Shown: positions 49,772 to 64,000, numbered from the stretch's first letter. The stretch: 64,000 nucleotides of DNA from Neoconidiobolus thromboides FSU 785 (GCA_025603075.1 MU626261.1:1-64000); one strand, 5' to 3'. Translations and numbers: made by a program. The notes: generated by a model from the sequence alone, not told the origin.

Positions 49772-51612
49772 ATGAAATTTGCTAAACAATTAGCCTTAAG
49801 GTCAATACCCACTTGGGCTATTTATTATATCGATTATAAACTTTTAAAAAAAGCAATTAAAGAGTATGAGGTCACTTATAATGGTAAGCTAAATTTAATA
49901 TGCTTATATGCCTTATTCTAATATATGATAAAGATAGCGTTAAAAGCGATGAAGTAAAAGACGATTTGATGAATGAGTTCAAAGAGCTTTTATTAGAAGA
50001 ACTAAATAAAGTAGATGATAGATATAAAGTAAAAGAAAATGAATTGAGAGAAAGACTAAATAGCTTAAAGAGTATTGTAAGACTATTTTTATACATTTTA
50101 TTTGTAGTATTAAAATATTTGGTAGTGGAGCGATGAAATGACTCAGAATGAAACAAATAGATGGTAGGAAATTCATTTTATTTTAAAAAAATAAATAACA
50201 ATTTACTAGGCGACAAGATTTTTCAAAACTGTTGCAACAATTAGAATATTTATTTGGTAATTATTTCAATTATTTAAAGTCATATTAATGTTTAGAGTTT
50301 ACTAATACAAATATCACTGGATTTCAAAAAATATTGAAAAAATTCGATAAGCATATTGATACCAATATAAGAGAAGATTGGTGGCCATTAGTTACTAATT
50401 GTTCCTTCGTTGCTAGTGAAAAAGATGAAAGTATGTTGTTTGAGGCTAAACAGGTTTGGAGAACTCATGTCCCGCCTGCACCATTAGCTCCGACGGAAGA
50501 TATCCATCCAGTTGAGCCCGTGGTTCCTACTGTAACTAACTTAGATTTAGATGCTTTACCAGGTGACAGGATCTCAAGGCTTTGGGTAGTAGTTGCTGAA
50601 GATGGTTTATCACTTCCGATTAAAGTTCCAGTTATTGTAGCCAAAGTGAGTTTGCAATTTAAATATTAAATATACCATATTGAATTATTTCTTAGGGTGT
50701 AAAACCTGGTCCAGTTTTAGGTATTACCGCAGCATTACATGGAAATGAATTAAATGGAATTCCTTTAATACATCGATTATTTCGTGAAATTAAAACGTCC
50801 AATTTACATGGAATCATTGTCGCTGTTCCAGTAGCAAATGTTCCAGGCTATTTAACAAGTCAGAGAACTTATGATGGGCAAGATTTAAATAGGTTAATGC
50901 CAGGGTAAAATATACTTAATACTTATGGGTTGGTCACTTACATCATTTAATTAGAAAAAAGAACGGATCTAGGCCACAAGTGTACTCTTATAATTTGATG
51001 GACCGAATAATAAATAAAATTGAGTATTTACTCGATTTACATACAGCATCACGAGGAAGAGTTAATAGTTTATATGTTAGAGCTAACATGATGGATTCAA
51101 AAACCAGAAATATGGCACAATTACAAAACCCTCAGATTATTGTACATAATACTTCTCCAGATGGTTCACTTAGAGGAGCAGCTATGGAATTAGGGATACC
51201 AGCAATTACTGTAGAAATTGGAGATCCTTCTAGATTCCAAAAAAGATTTATAAGATCAGCATTGATGGGAGTAAGTAATATCATGTCGCATTTGCAAATG
51301 ATTAACGAAGATGGTAATTTAACGCCATCCGAATATGCACCAGTAATATGTGCTAAGTCTTATTGGATTTTTGCATCTAGGGGAGGCATTTTAACTGTAC
51401 TTCCAGATGTTAATACATGGGTTAAAAAGAATGAACCGATTGCTACATTACACAATATCTTTGGTAACCTTGAAGAAACATATTTCGCACCAGAAGATGG
51501 CATTGTTGTGGGTAAAAATGTGGATCCAGTTTGTCAATCTGGTAACAGAATTCTTCATCTTGGTGTAGTCAATTCTGAGTTTCCAACTGTTTCCAATGAT
51601 GGTCATTTATAA
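49772..51612 (+). CDS. SPX-domain / succinylglutamate desuccinylase-aspartoacylase (AstE/AspA, peptidase M14-like) fusion; 7 exons (49772-49883, 49934-50076, 50126-50163, 50210-50256, 50296-50645, 50696-50904, 50955-51612), 518 aa
   Basis: Exons total 1557 nt in one frame with GT-AG introns. N-terminal SPX: MKFAKQL...IPTW...YIDYKLLKKAIK and FTNTNITGFQKILKKFDK. C-terminal M14: ITAALHGNELNG, QDLNRLMPG, LLDLHTAS, ITVEIG, plus a lipoyl-like tail (APEDGIVVG). Confidence 0.88.
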
Positions 51613-51862
51613 TATTATGATACATACTTTTAATTTTTAATGTGTTGTTAGAAGTGGATTTTTAACCACCCATTTATGTCATATTATTCTAACCATTAAA
51701 TATACTACTCTTTTTGAGTTCTCTTTAATAAATTATTAATTTTTTGAAAAATGTTTTATATTATAACAGTAAAATCAAGTTCAAAAACAAACCAAATTAT
51801 AACTATAAAATTAATACTATATATATTTATCTTTAAATTAAAAGCTTGCACTTCATTTACAA

Positions 51863-51969
51863 TATGCGGGTGTTTTTTTTAACTTCATTACTTTTTCCAT
51901 CTTTTAATCACTATCTGAATGAAAAAACTTTTAGTAAAATTCTTAAACACAAAAATACATCCTCCCATA
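51863..51969 (-). mobile_element. MITE-like copy between the SPX fusion gene and SPE3
   Basis: TATGCGGGTGTTTTTTTT...AAAAATACATCCTCCCATA. Confidence 0.8.
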
Positions 51970-52510
51970 CAAGAGTATCTTGTTTATTTCAGTAACTTGT
52001 TAGTATTTTCTAGATTTTATGCTATGTAGAAAATGAAAAAATGAAAAATCATTCCCATATTTTTGATTTTTAGTCTACTATTCTTGATAAAAAATCCATG
52101 ACTTAGGAATATCTTTTAAATTCAGCATTTTGTACGCTTTGTATGCAACATAGAATCAAGTGAAAGCATTAGTTAAATGTCGAAACAAAAGGATGCTTGT
52201 ATATAATGTCACTTTGTATTACTATCATTGTTAATTTTATTTTACTAAAATTCTTTTCAGAAATCATTTCCTCACTAAATTTATAGCTTGCCAATTTTCT
52301 GAAATAAATGCGGAGCTGTATAACTCCTAAATTAGTGGAAAGGCACATTATTTTAAAATAGCTAATAAAACAACAGGATTCTTTTTAAAGCCAATGAAAA
52401 CCGAAATATAAAAAAACAAAATAAAATTTGTACAAAGTTGACAAGTTAAAAGAAAATAGTTTTTCAAAATAAGATACTTGCACTTTATCAATACGATAAT
52501 ATCAAAAAAA

Positions 52511-53618
<1,108 letters not shown>

Positions 53619-54697
53619 TTATAGATTTCCCTTTAAGATAAAATCATGATATGAAAATAGATTTAAAAATGTTAACTATTTATTGTGTTAAATTAATGTT
53701 TTTGTATTTTATTTCGATTTTAATTTTTATATCAAATGAAGCATATCAATACATTTTAGCTAATTATAGTATCTTACGTGCACTTTATTTTACTATATAG
53801 ATACCATTTTTTACTTTGAAACAAGTATACTTAACCACACAACATAATAAGTTACTGCTTTTGAGAGTGATTTTCATAGATAAACTCAAAATATCCATCT
53901 TAAGATTTTTGTTTTGCCTTAGGATAAAGTAATTTTTAAAATGGGTCATTATTTCTAAAAGTAGATACTTCTAGTTAAGACGCTTCTATTGATATATCAT
54001 CAAACACGGGTGTTGTTTCTAAGGATAGTCTTTAAAATTTTATATTTTTTCAAAAATACACCCCAGATTAAAGGATTTAAAATAGTAATACTGGTGGAAG
54101 TTAGATGACCTGGTAATAGTGAGTGACTATTATCAACCTCTTCGCTAAGACTTTTATTTAAGTGTCAATTAGACTAAATAAACTTGGCTTCATTCGCTAC
54201 AAGGATTCAGCCCTTCTAACAGTAATACAGTTATCAAATTTAAAGCCTCAAACTTTAAGAAAGTTATATCCAAATTAAAATTTTAAGCTTATACTAAAAT
54301 TTTAAGCTCCACCGATTGCTAGTTCTTTTGTAGTTTTAAAAAATTAAAGATTCATTATAAATAAAATTCTAATATGAAGTAAAGAATAATGTATGAATTC
54401 ATTGATAAGTAAGGGGGTTTCATTTTTTTTGTGGTTTACGCTTAGTTAATGTAATAACCATCTTGTTTCAAATCGTAAGGCTCATTATATCATACACGAT
54501 CATATAAAGGATATAGATGATTTCAAACGTATATACAACAATGTAAATGTAATTAGCCTTTATAAAAAAGGAAGCTTATCCAAAATCCTTCAAAGTTCAA
54601 TAGTATAAACCTAAGTCAGTTTCATATATGCCCTATACTACTAATTTCAAGATATTAACGTTTTAAAAAATATAGTATTACATATTAAGAAAATATT

Positions 54698-54935
54698 TGG
54701 GGATGTATTTTTTTATTTAAAAATTCTACCAATAGTTGTTCCACCCAAATAGTGCTTAAAAATGGAAAAAGTGATGAAGTCAAAAAATAGCTTTATTTAA
54801 CATTCTTATCAGCTCCGATTTTTTACTACATATGGGGATGTGTTTTTGTGTTTAAAAATTTCACTAACAAATTTTCCGCTTAAATAGCGCTTAAAAAATG
54901 GAAAAAATAATGAAATCAAAAAAAACACTCCCGTA
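54698..54935 (+). mobile_element. Two tandem MITE-like copies (54698-54790, 3' truncated; 54831-54935)
   Basis: Family match on both copies. Confidence 0.8.
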
Positions 54936-56793
54936 TGTTAAATATAACAATAAACTTGATTTTGTTAGAACATTAGTTATAAGGTTCATGATTATTTAAA
55001 CATACATTCCTTGTTTTGGTTTCAACTTCAATAAGCTTCATCACTTTATTTTTTAATTGTTAAAATGTACTAAACTAAACAGGTTTCAATTTTAATGTAA
55101 GGGAGGGCAGAATGGTGGTAAAAATATGGTAAAAAATCCAGATCTGAACATTTTACCCCGTTATAATCAAAAGTAATGATGAAATTTTGATGTATTTATA
55201 GTTTATATAAGACAATAATTGATGTTTGAAAACTTCAAGGTTGAGTATTTTTATTAATTTTGTAAAGTTACTTATTAATAAATATATACCAATAGGAGAA
55301 AGTTTAATTGTTATACCCATGTTTACAATATCAAGGTTTTAGTTATTTTTAAACCAAACAATATTATAAAATTATTTTCACAGAGGATTTAACTAAAAAT
55401 AGAGCTATATACAATTGAAACTTTTTTAAAATTAATTTTTTTTATATTATCATATACACATTTATACTAAATACCATTTTTTAAATAGAAATATGCAATT
55501 TTTATTTCCAGATTAGAATTTTTCTAAGGGCAGAAAATATAAATCCCTTGAATAACCTTGTAAGTTTTAGAACTGTTGATGTAGTACTAGGGATAACTAA
55601 GAGTAGCTAGAGTTAAAACTAACCATTATTCTAAGTACTCTAACAGCAGAAGTGCTATGTGATTAAAAAATGCGTTGTAAGCTTTCAATGGTGTCGACCT
55701 TATTTTGAAACTGATAATAAAGTTTATGAAAAAATGTTCAAAATTCAATGAAATAAAAAAAATCTCAAAACGTATAGAATATAGGGTTAACCCCTTGTCC
55801 GCTGCCAAAGCTCATTCTCAAATCACCCAAAAAGCTATTATTTGATATTCCTTTGGTCATCGGATTTTTATCCATGACAATTTTTTGATATTCATATAAT
55901 GATTTTTAATAGCTACTTTGTTACTTTCTTTGCTTAACCACTCGAGTACCGTGGATGAAGCTATATTCACTATATTTTATAGAAAAATTAAATTATGGCG
56001 AACGTTGCTCACGTACGATCTTAAATCAAAATAAAGCCAGGGTGAACATTGCTAGTTAAATTAGCCCTGGCTAGGCAAAGATAAAGATCATTCTTCAATA
56101 ATTGAAAGATAGATCGATAGATCGAAAATTCCAATCCAATTGAACTTTTTTAAGATGTTTGGTACTCAAAGGGTTAAGATAATCTTACTAGTATCTTTTT
56201 AATATATTATGTATTTTAAAAAATGTATTATAGTAGAAAAAATCTGTGTAAAATAACATACTTTATATTTTAATACTAAAAATTGCTTTAAAAGCACTTG
56301 TTTTCAAACTTCTAAATCCATTAAAGGCAATTGATTAAAGTGATATTGTAGTTATCCCAATAGCTATAAAGGATGGACTTATAATTTTCATGTAAGTACT
56401 CCTATTTAAATAGCTTGAGCATTTTGTTAGTTTTAAATATAATAAGCACTTTAGAATATAACAAACCATCTAAGTGGAAAAAACTCGTGGAAAATATGAT
56501 ACAAGACATGAAAAAAGATCTATAACAGTGTCTGATTCGAGTTCCTTCTGATGTCCTTATATTTCTTTTGAGTCTTTAATATCTAAAATATGAGATATTA
56601 ATACTTCATACAAAACACCTGCTCTATATAAATAATATATATAGTATAACATTGTGGGTTGTATTTGGACTATTTGTAAAGTGATGTAATACATAATTTG
56701 TTTTATTAACAAAAGTACTTTATTTTATATTTTAAAAAACGAAAAAATAGCCATATAAATACAACAAAAGATGAGAAGAATAGAGATCTACAA

Positions 56794-57601
56794 TTATGTA
56801 AAGAATGTTGAATCATAATATAAGATATTTCCATTGGAGTTGTGATAGTTGTAATAAGAACTAGGGTGCGAATAACCCCCATTATATAATGAATTGTAGT
56901 ACTCAATTGGGTAGTAGAAAGGGTTATAATATTCATAGTAAGGCTGTATATCGGAGAATTCATCTTCCTTATTAGAGGAATCTATATAGTAAAACGGTGG
57001 AGAGGCAATGTTTTGAGCATTATACTCGTCTTGATAGTAAGAACTTAAATCATGACTTTTCAAGCAAGCTTCAAAAGGTATTTCTTCAATCTCCAAACTT
57101 GGTTCTAGTTCCTCACTTTTAGCTGAAATTTTAGATGTAATAGATTGGGTCGTTAATTGCGCTTTTATTAAATTAGAGTGTTTCACTTTTTGCCTTTTTA
57201 CTTTGAAAAGCAAATCAGGTTGGTCTTTTATAAAATATTCATGAGAAAATTGAGCATAAGAGAGCTTTTTACACTCTTTCCTCCGTCCATCGCTGATGCG
57301 ATAAAAGTTGTAAAGCTATAATCTAATTAGTAAAAATAATGTAGTAGAGATAATCTTTTACGTTAAGCTGACGAAAAAATGAGCCCAAATTTCGACTTTT
57401 AAAATGAAAACTAAGAATTTCTTTAAATTCACTGACGTTGAGGATCATAAAGCTTCTTCCCGTAGGGCCCCAGGATAACAATGAAGAGTATTTTTCATCA
57501 GAAAGCATTCTATATAACTGATTAATACCTATGATATAATATAGTTAAGTAATTTACTCATATAGCTTTAATACAAAGAGTGCGATCTTTGGACTTTTCA
57601 T
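56794..57601 (-). CDS. Small HSF-type DNA-binding-domain protein, 3 exons
   Basis: Splice gives MKSPKIALFVLKLYE-MLSDEKYSSLLSWGPTGRSFMILNVSEFKEILSFHFKSRNLGSFFRQLN-LYNFYRIS...QFSHEYFIKDQPDLLFKVKR, then an acidic, Tyr-rich tail. Confidence 0.85.
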
Positions 57602-58335
57602 ATTTGTGATATTAACAAAAAGTTAACTAATTTTTTGATCTTTAAATTTTTTGTTTAATACCTTTATATATGTACTTATGATTTCCTTAAACGAAAGTAA
57701 ATTGCTATACGTTTTGACAAAATATTGGTAATTTCAGGGATAAAACCAATGAACAAAGAATGAAAAATTCTGATTTATGTACCAGTTTTCAATGTACTCA
57801 TAGTATATTTAATAATAATAATAATAATAGCATGAAGACCTAATATAGTTTAAAAATAGAAAATTGATAAATAGAACATTACAAACGGTACTCCCTTATT
57901 TCTTAAATCATATGAATACTTTAACTAGTGTCATTAGCTTTACTAATATGGTTTATATGAATGAGCGATAATGGACTAGATACTAGTTCTAGAATATTTA
58001 TATAGTTATTTTAAAAACTCATCCTTATATTTCTAAAATATAAATACCTAGTTATTTCGACTAATAAAACCTATAATTTTTTCATTGAAGGTCTATTATA
58101 GAACAAAAGAAATATGAGAGTAAACACCTTAATACATATAATTGATCTGAAATTTGGTTATTAAAACTTTTTAAACAAAATTTTATTTATTGATAATAAT
58201 ATTAACTTGAAATATTATATATTTGTATTTAAAGGGTATGAAGTTTTTGAAAATATGTTAAATATAAGGATTATAATTCATTATGGATAACATGTAACCT
58301 AATGATGAAATAAGGCATACTTTCATAATGTTTTA

Positions 58336-58430
58336 TGAAAGCAATAATAAGGGATTTACCCTTTTGAAAGCAATAATAAGGAATATACCCTTTTTGAAAG
58401 CAATAATAAGGAATATACCCTTTTTGAAAG
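58336..58430. repeat. 30-bp intergenic tandem repeat, ~3 units
   Basis: TTTTTGAAAGCAATAATAAGGAATATACCC repeated. Confidence 0.85.
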
Positions 58431-59106
58431 TGACATAGTTTATTTATTATATCTATTAATTTATAAGGTATATTTGTTTATAAATAGGAATTTTAATTAA
58501 AGTTGTGGAAAAGTAAATACATACCGCTGCTTAGTACTTAACTTGGAAAACTAAGGATAGATAACATCAAACCAAACTTTTTAAACTTTTGTAAAATAAA
58601 TATCAGCTAACATGATATAACAAAAGACATATAACCAAAATTATTTAGACTATTCAAACTATTTATAAATGAGTGTTATAAATCGAAGTCAACCTATGTA
58701 TAAAATTAATGTTTATCATATTTTGGCGCAAATAGCTATAATAGTTTAATATTGATCAATCTAAGAGTGATAGGAATTATAGTTCGCAATTTTAAATTTA
58801 ATAAAGTGATTTAACATTTGAGTTTTTTAGAAACTATCAAACGCCATATTTGTATTAAATTAATATAGATTTTTAAAGCGGAATAGGGTACACTTCATGA
58901 TTAATACAAATAAAGTTTACTTTTTAAAATCGTAAACGTGATATTCAAAGAAACCTGATTGTTATTTTTGAAATGAGTCAGTTTTCATGAAATACTGGTT
59001 AGGGTTTTAAATTCAATTTATTTAATAGGAATGAAATAATGTAACATTATATTATTTAAATGGTTCCTAACCTCCTATTTATTAATAATGATAATAGTTG
59101 TTTATA

Positions 59107-59205
59107 TATGGTGGTATTTTTTGGCTTCATTTTTTCCATTTTTAAGCACTATTTAAGTGAAAAAATTGTTAGTAAAATTCTTAAACAAAAAAGTACATCT
59201 CCATA
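59107..59205 (-). mobile_element. MITE-like copy
   Basis: Reverse-complement family match flanked by ATAT on both sides. Confidence 0.78.
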
Positions 59206-60216
59206 TACTTTATAAGGTATATTGATGGAAGGTAAGCTACTATCATGCTGGAGTGTTTTAATTAAATTATCCTAGCTTATTCAATTTAGGCAAAGGTTTA
59301 ATTGTTGTGCTTAAATTGGTATTTCTAATTTGATTAACTATACTTTAAACCTTAAAGCTTATCCCTAAAAATGGTAACTATTGGAACTGATTATTACTAT
59401 TTCCATTTAGGTTGTTTTGACCAATCACATTTTCTAATTTAGTCCATTCCTATTCTAGAATAGAATTCAAAAACTTAAATTGTAAAATCTTAGTGGTCTA
59501 AAAGGTGGTAATTAAATGAAAGGATGCTGACTTTTAAATGTAGGTTTTTTGTATTAAATTGTATTTGACTTAATATTCTGTAAGTCTTAAAATAACTCAA
59601 ACTAAACCTTTGCTATTTTATTAATAGTGTTTTATATAATTTTTTGAATATAATGTAATAACAAGGCTGAAGAATTTTGCTGCTTTATAAAGCTAAACAC
59701 TTCAAATTGTACATTCGGATTAATTTATTTTTAAAAGGTAGTTATAAGTACCTAAAAATATTGTAGTGACTTTGCTTTTGTTCTCCAGCCAATGATTTTT
59801 GATGATATTGTGTTAAGATGCAATAAACTTAGTTTTATGAGGAACAGGACAAACAATAACTAAAATTTAAAGAGGAAGAATAATTGGAAATTTTGAATGT
59901 ACCATTGTAAATATTAATAAATTCATTTTCTTCCAAGTCTTTACCCTCGTTTTTTAAACTCATTTGTATAATTCACGATTGGTAGTAAAACTTATTTTGA
60001 AATAAGAAAACAACAACTTTAAGCTCATATTAAGGGTTCTTTGAGCAAATTCTTTTATAAAAGCTCAAAGCAAAATTTCATCACTACAATGATACTAATA
60101 AAAAAAAAAAGGTTAAATAGTCTTATTTTTGTTTAGAGATTTAATTATAATTTCGAAATTTCAACCTTAAAAAGCGGACAGAGTGAGATAGAAAAGATAT
60201 TCCCATTAACTAACAT

Positions 60217-61128
60217 TAGGAGATATATTTTTTGAGAATTTTACTAACAATCTTTCGACCCAAATAGCGCTTAAAAAATGGAAAAAATAATGGAACTAAA
60301 AAAAACACTCCCATTATATGAAAGTTATTTTCAAACAAAGATTTTTTAGATCTACATATGGGGATGTTTTTTTGATTTTATTATTTTTCCATTTTTTTAA
60401 ACACTATTTAAGTGAAAAAATTGTTAGTGAAATTCTTAAACAGAAAAAAACATCCCCATATGAAAATGCATTTTTTATTTTTTTGTTTTTTGTTTTCATC
60501 ACTTTTTCCATTTTCAAGGGCTATTTAAGTGGAAAGATTGCTAGTAAAATTCTTAAACATCTTCTTATCTTTTATTACAATCTTCTGAACATGTTATATG
60601 TCTGTGTTTATAGCTATTTGTTTTTGTTTTTGATAAAAAATTAAGAAAATGGATTTTGGGATTACTGATACTATTGTATCTTTAATAATTATTAGTGCAA
60701 TTTTTTTAACTGATGGTTTTAAAATCCAATTAAACTATTAACTGAGGATGTTTTTTTTGATTTCATCACTTTTTCCATTTTTCAAGCATTGTTTGAGTGA
60801 AAAGATTATTAGTTAAATTCTTAAATACAAAAATACATCCCCAACTGTTTATATTTGATTTAATGTTCAATATCAATATGTTTTACATGAAAATTTAAAT
60901 TTCAAATATTATAATGAATATTATACTATAATAAACTTTATTTAACAAAATTTAGAACTTGTATTAAATAAAAAGACTAACTTGTTTTTGTAACTTTTGG
61001 TTATTTTTAACTATTATTAAAAATAAGGGGATATATTTTTGTATTTAAGAATTTAACTAACAAATTTTCTGCTCAAATAGTGCTTAAAAGATGGGAAAAG
61101 TAATGAAGCCAAAAAAAACACTCCCATA
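60217..61128. mobile_element. Cluster of five MITE-like copies (60217-60314 +, 60357-60460 -, ~60486-60560 - partial, 60743-60843 -, 61024-61128 +)
   Basis: Family matches in both orientations with unique spacers. Confidence 0.82.
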
Positions 61129-61457
61129 ACTTATTTTAAAATATAAAAATTTGTGAAGACTAAATTTTAACATGCTATTTAAAGTACCTTTGCTTCTTAT
61201 TGTACAGTATACAATATGAACTGTAAAGAGTATAGTTTAAACAATCGAGGTGTTTTATTTTTTTTAGGCATCAAGAAATAATATCAGGTATAAGTTTACA
61301 GTGAATGCATTGCTTATTTAAAATTAATTTTAGAAATATTAATAAAGCGGAAAAACTATACAGTATAAATCTATAAAGTGCATATTTTACTTTTGATTAG
61401 AATAAAGTTCAAGATATTGGAATAAAAGACTTAAGTAAATAATTATTAGATGTCAAA

Positions 61458-63961
61458 TTAAAGGTCCCTGGTTGCTGTATATGGATTAGAGCTTGGAGGC
61501 TGTGGTGGATAAGTAGAGTTTTGGGGAGGACGATCATTATAGAATGTTTCTTTATTCTTTACATATTGATTGATAAGAGGAGCTGCAGTCGGTATGATCC
61601 TAGTATACCTACTTTGTATTGGTGCCATGGTATAGTTACCATTGTAACCACTTGATTGATGCGGGGTATATGTATTGTGATTACTATATTTCATATAATT
61701 GGGCCTTGGTTGTAATTGGTACTGAATGTTGGGAGTATAATAAGTACTAAAACCATTATTGGGTACGTTATAGGTGTTTGGGGTGTTTTGTGGGTAGAGC
61801 TGCCGTGTGGCTGTTTGTAGTGTACTCGCATTTTGGTTTACACTTGTTTGGAGACCCTGTTCAACAGTGCTGAACGAATCCCCTGGGACATTAACGTAAG
61901 AATTTGAAAAAAGCTCTGGCGTTGTTGCCCTCCTAGGAATTTTAGAAGGTGTATCATTTTTTAAAATATTAGATGTACCAACTTCCTGAGCTACATTTTC
62001 CTCGTGTGCGTTTACCTTACTCGGGGTATTACTTTGACCACCGTTAACTGAAGGAGGGTCATGGCCTGTTTCATCATCACTTAAGGTAAGATCAATTATT
62101 GTGTCGGCTGGATTATTTTCAGGAGCCGGGAATTCTCCAGGTAGAACCAGGCTATTAGTTTGGTTGTTTTCAATATCACGTCCACTACATGAAGGGTCAG
62201 ATGACGATAACAAGTCTACTTCTTCAATGTAAGCTTTTTTTTCAACAGTAATCTCTTCTAGTAGGGCCTTTGAAGATGTCCTTTTTTCTTCCGATTTCTT
62301 ATCTGTTTTTAAAGACCAAGCACCGCTAGGCTCCAAGAAAACGCTTTCAGCATCTTCCGGAGTGTTTTGCAATATCTCCATGAAAAAATTGTCTCTAATG
62401 AAATCTTCCCAGGGATTTATATATTTTTGGCAAACTGGACATTCCCATGTTTCCATCTGTTCATTCATTTCTAGGAAGTTATAGGCATCAAAGCACTGGG
62501 CATGCACACAATTTTTGGAACGGAATGGTTCTTTGATTCTATTAAACAAAAGCTTTTATCTATTAAATTGATTTCTAAGTTATTTGGTATTCTTAATTAC
62601 CGGACATCTAAGTGAGAGTTCGACCGTTACTTCAATGTCATCTTCTTTTTTATTAAACACTTTAGCAATTAGTAATAGCTATATAAATTTTATTATCACC
62701 TTACATTGTTGGAAAACCTTTTCTTTACTCATTGATTTTTTTTCTACTATGTTTTTGATAATTGAATCGATGTTAATATTTTTTACCAAAAACGGTACCA
62801 TTACCAAAGACTACTATTGTTAGACTATTTTCTATAATATTAAATGGAAAAACCTCAGACAAATTCATGTAAATTAACTCAACATGGTTTCCGAATCCAG
62901 ATACCAATTTAAGGTATGGATTTAAATCTGGAGCCCGTACAGAATCTGCTTTGTTTTTTTTACCTCTAATATTCTATAAAGGTCAAAGTAATTATGAGAC
63001 TTGTTAATTAAATATTACTGAAGCAATCTTGGTTCCATTTACATAAAGCTCAGATACATGAGGATACTTTAGGCTGACTTTTGTACAATTGGATGTTTGT
63101 GTCATAGGGGAGAAATCAGAAACTTGAGCACATAAAAGCTTTATCCCAGGTTTGTAATTATCTCCAGGAGTTCTATAATCGGAATAAACAATATATTTCT
63201 TGAACTTATAGATACTTACGATAAAAATTTGATTATCTCATCATTAAGCTTGATTTGAAAAACGACAGAATGTCTATCACTATTACCTTTAAAAGTAAAT
63301 CCATTAGTACTTGAATCTCATTTTTAGCTAATTACTTACTAGGACAAAATGTATGAGGATCAATTGGATTTATTAAAGAATAAAATACAGTATTTTTAAA
63401 TGAATTAAGCTGCGAAGGGCTTAGTCTAAAAACTAAAAGAAAATTAGCTATTAACAATATACTCAGCTATATCTTACCATTAATTGGGCTTGGTTTAGAT
63501 GTAATTTTCATCGAAGGGTTTAAATAGCTTTGATATTGTGGTCTTATGGGTTGTTGAGCTCCATTGTTTACGCTTGGTAGAGTATTGTGTTGGTAATTGA
63601 TAGGAGGATTCCTATTTTAAAATAATTATTAAATACTAAAAAACAATTCTAAACTTACACATTAGGACCTTGATCTTTAATTATTTTCCTTAATTCCATA
63701 ACACTGGCGTGAGGTTCGGTCTCTACGAAGCTTCTATAGTACTCAAGAATCCTTTCTACAAGCTCTTTTTTTAATCCCGTTGAAAGAAAACTTGTACTAT
63801 AATTCGAATTTATTTCCCTTATCACATTTTTTAAATTAACAACTAAGTACACCGGTATAGTTCTTTCCATTTCCTATATCAAAGATGAATATTGACTCTT
63901 GTTTTTAGACTATATTTACTTTTATCAGCTGTATTTTCTGGAATTTGGTTAATCTAGTCAT
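61458..63961 (-). CDS. SIZ1: SIZ/PIAS-type SUMO E3 ligase (SAP, PINIT, SP-RING), multi-exon; start codon tentative
   Basis: SAP-like VVNLKNVIREIN...GLKKELVERI; SP-RING LSLRCP...RIKEPFRSKNCVHAQCFDAYNFLEMNEQMETWECPVCQK; SIM-like acidic motifs IEEVDLLSSSD and IIDLTLSDDE. Confidence 0.88.
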
Positions 63962-64000
63962 CTCGTTCCTTTTTCAATTGAATTTTATAACAAAACAATT

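Noticed and set aside
58336-58430. 30-bp repeats considered as a CRISPR array
   Set aside because: Units are directly adjacent with no spacers, and the context is eukaryotic with no cas genes

Overview
AT-rich, intron-containing eukaryotic DNA with fungal-type genes and short GT-AG introns. The composition and gene content suggest an early-diverging fungus such as an entomophthoralean/zoopagomycete; this is an inference. About 20 protein-coding genes can be reconstructed, mostly housekeeping: a crotonase-family enzyme, HMG-CoA reductase, GPI13, SNZ1/PDX1, PCNA, RSM23/DAP3, a gamma-tubulin complex component, CTF8, BET5, SEC65/SRP19, PDI1, HUT1, SMC6, a trypsin, a Ser/Thr-rich surface protein, an ERF4-like protein, SPE3, an HSF-type factor and a SIZ/PIAS ligase. 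There is also one tRNA-Asn(GTT). The ORF track does not show the two most notable genes intact. One is a 7-exon gene (49772-51612) fusing an SPX inositol-pyrophosphate-sensing domain to a bacterial-looking AstE/AspA (M14) zinc hydrolase. The other is a 4-exon NDP kinase (15942-16631, minus) with a signal-peptide-like N-terminus. Intergenic DNA holds about 21 copies of a ~100-bp MITE-like element, a dead GGPP synthase beside HMG-CoA reductase, and three dead alpha/beta-hydrolase copies sharing one in-frame stop. All exon structures were assembled by eye.
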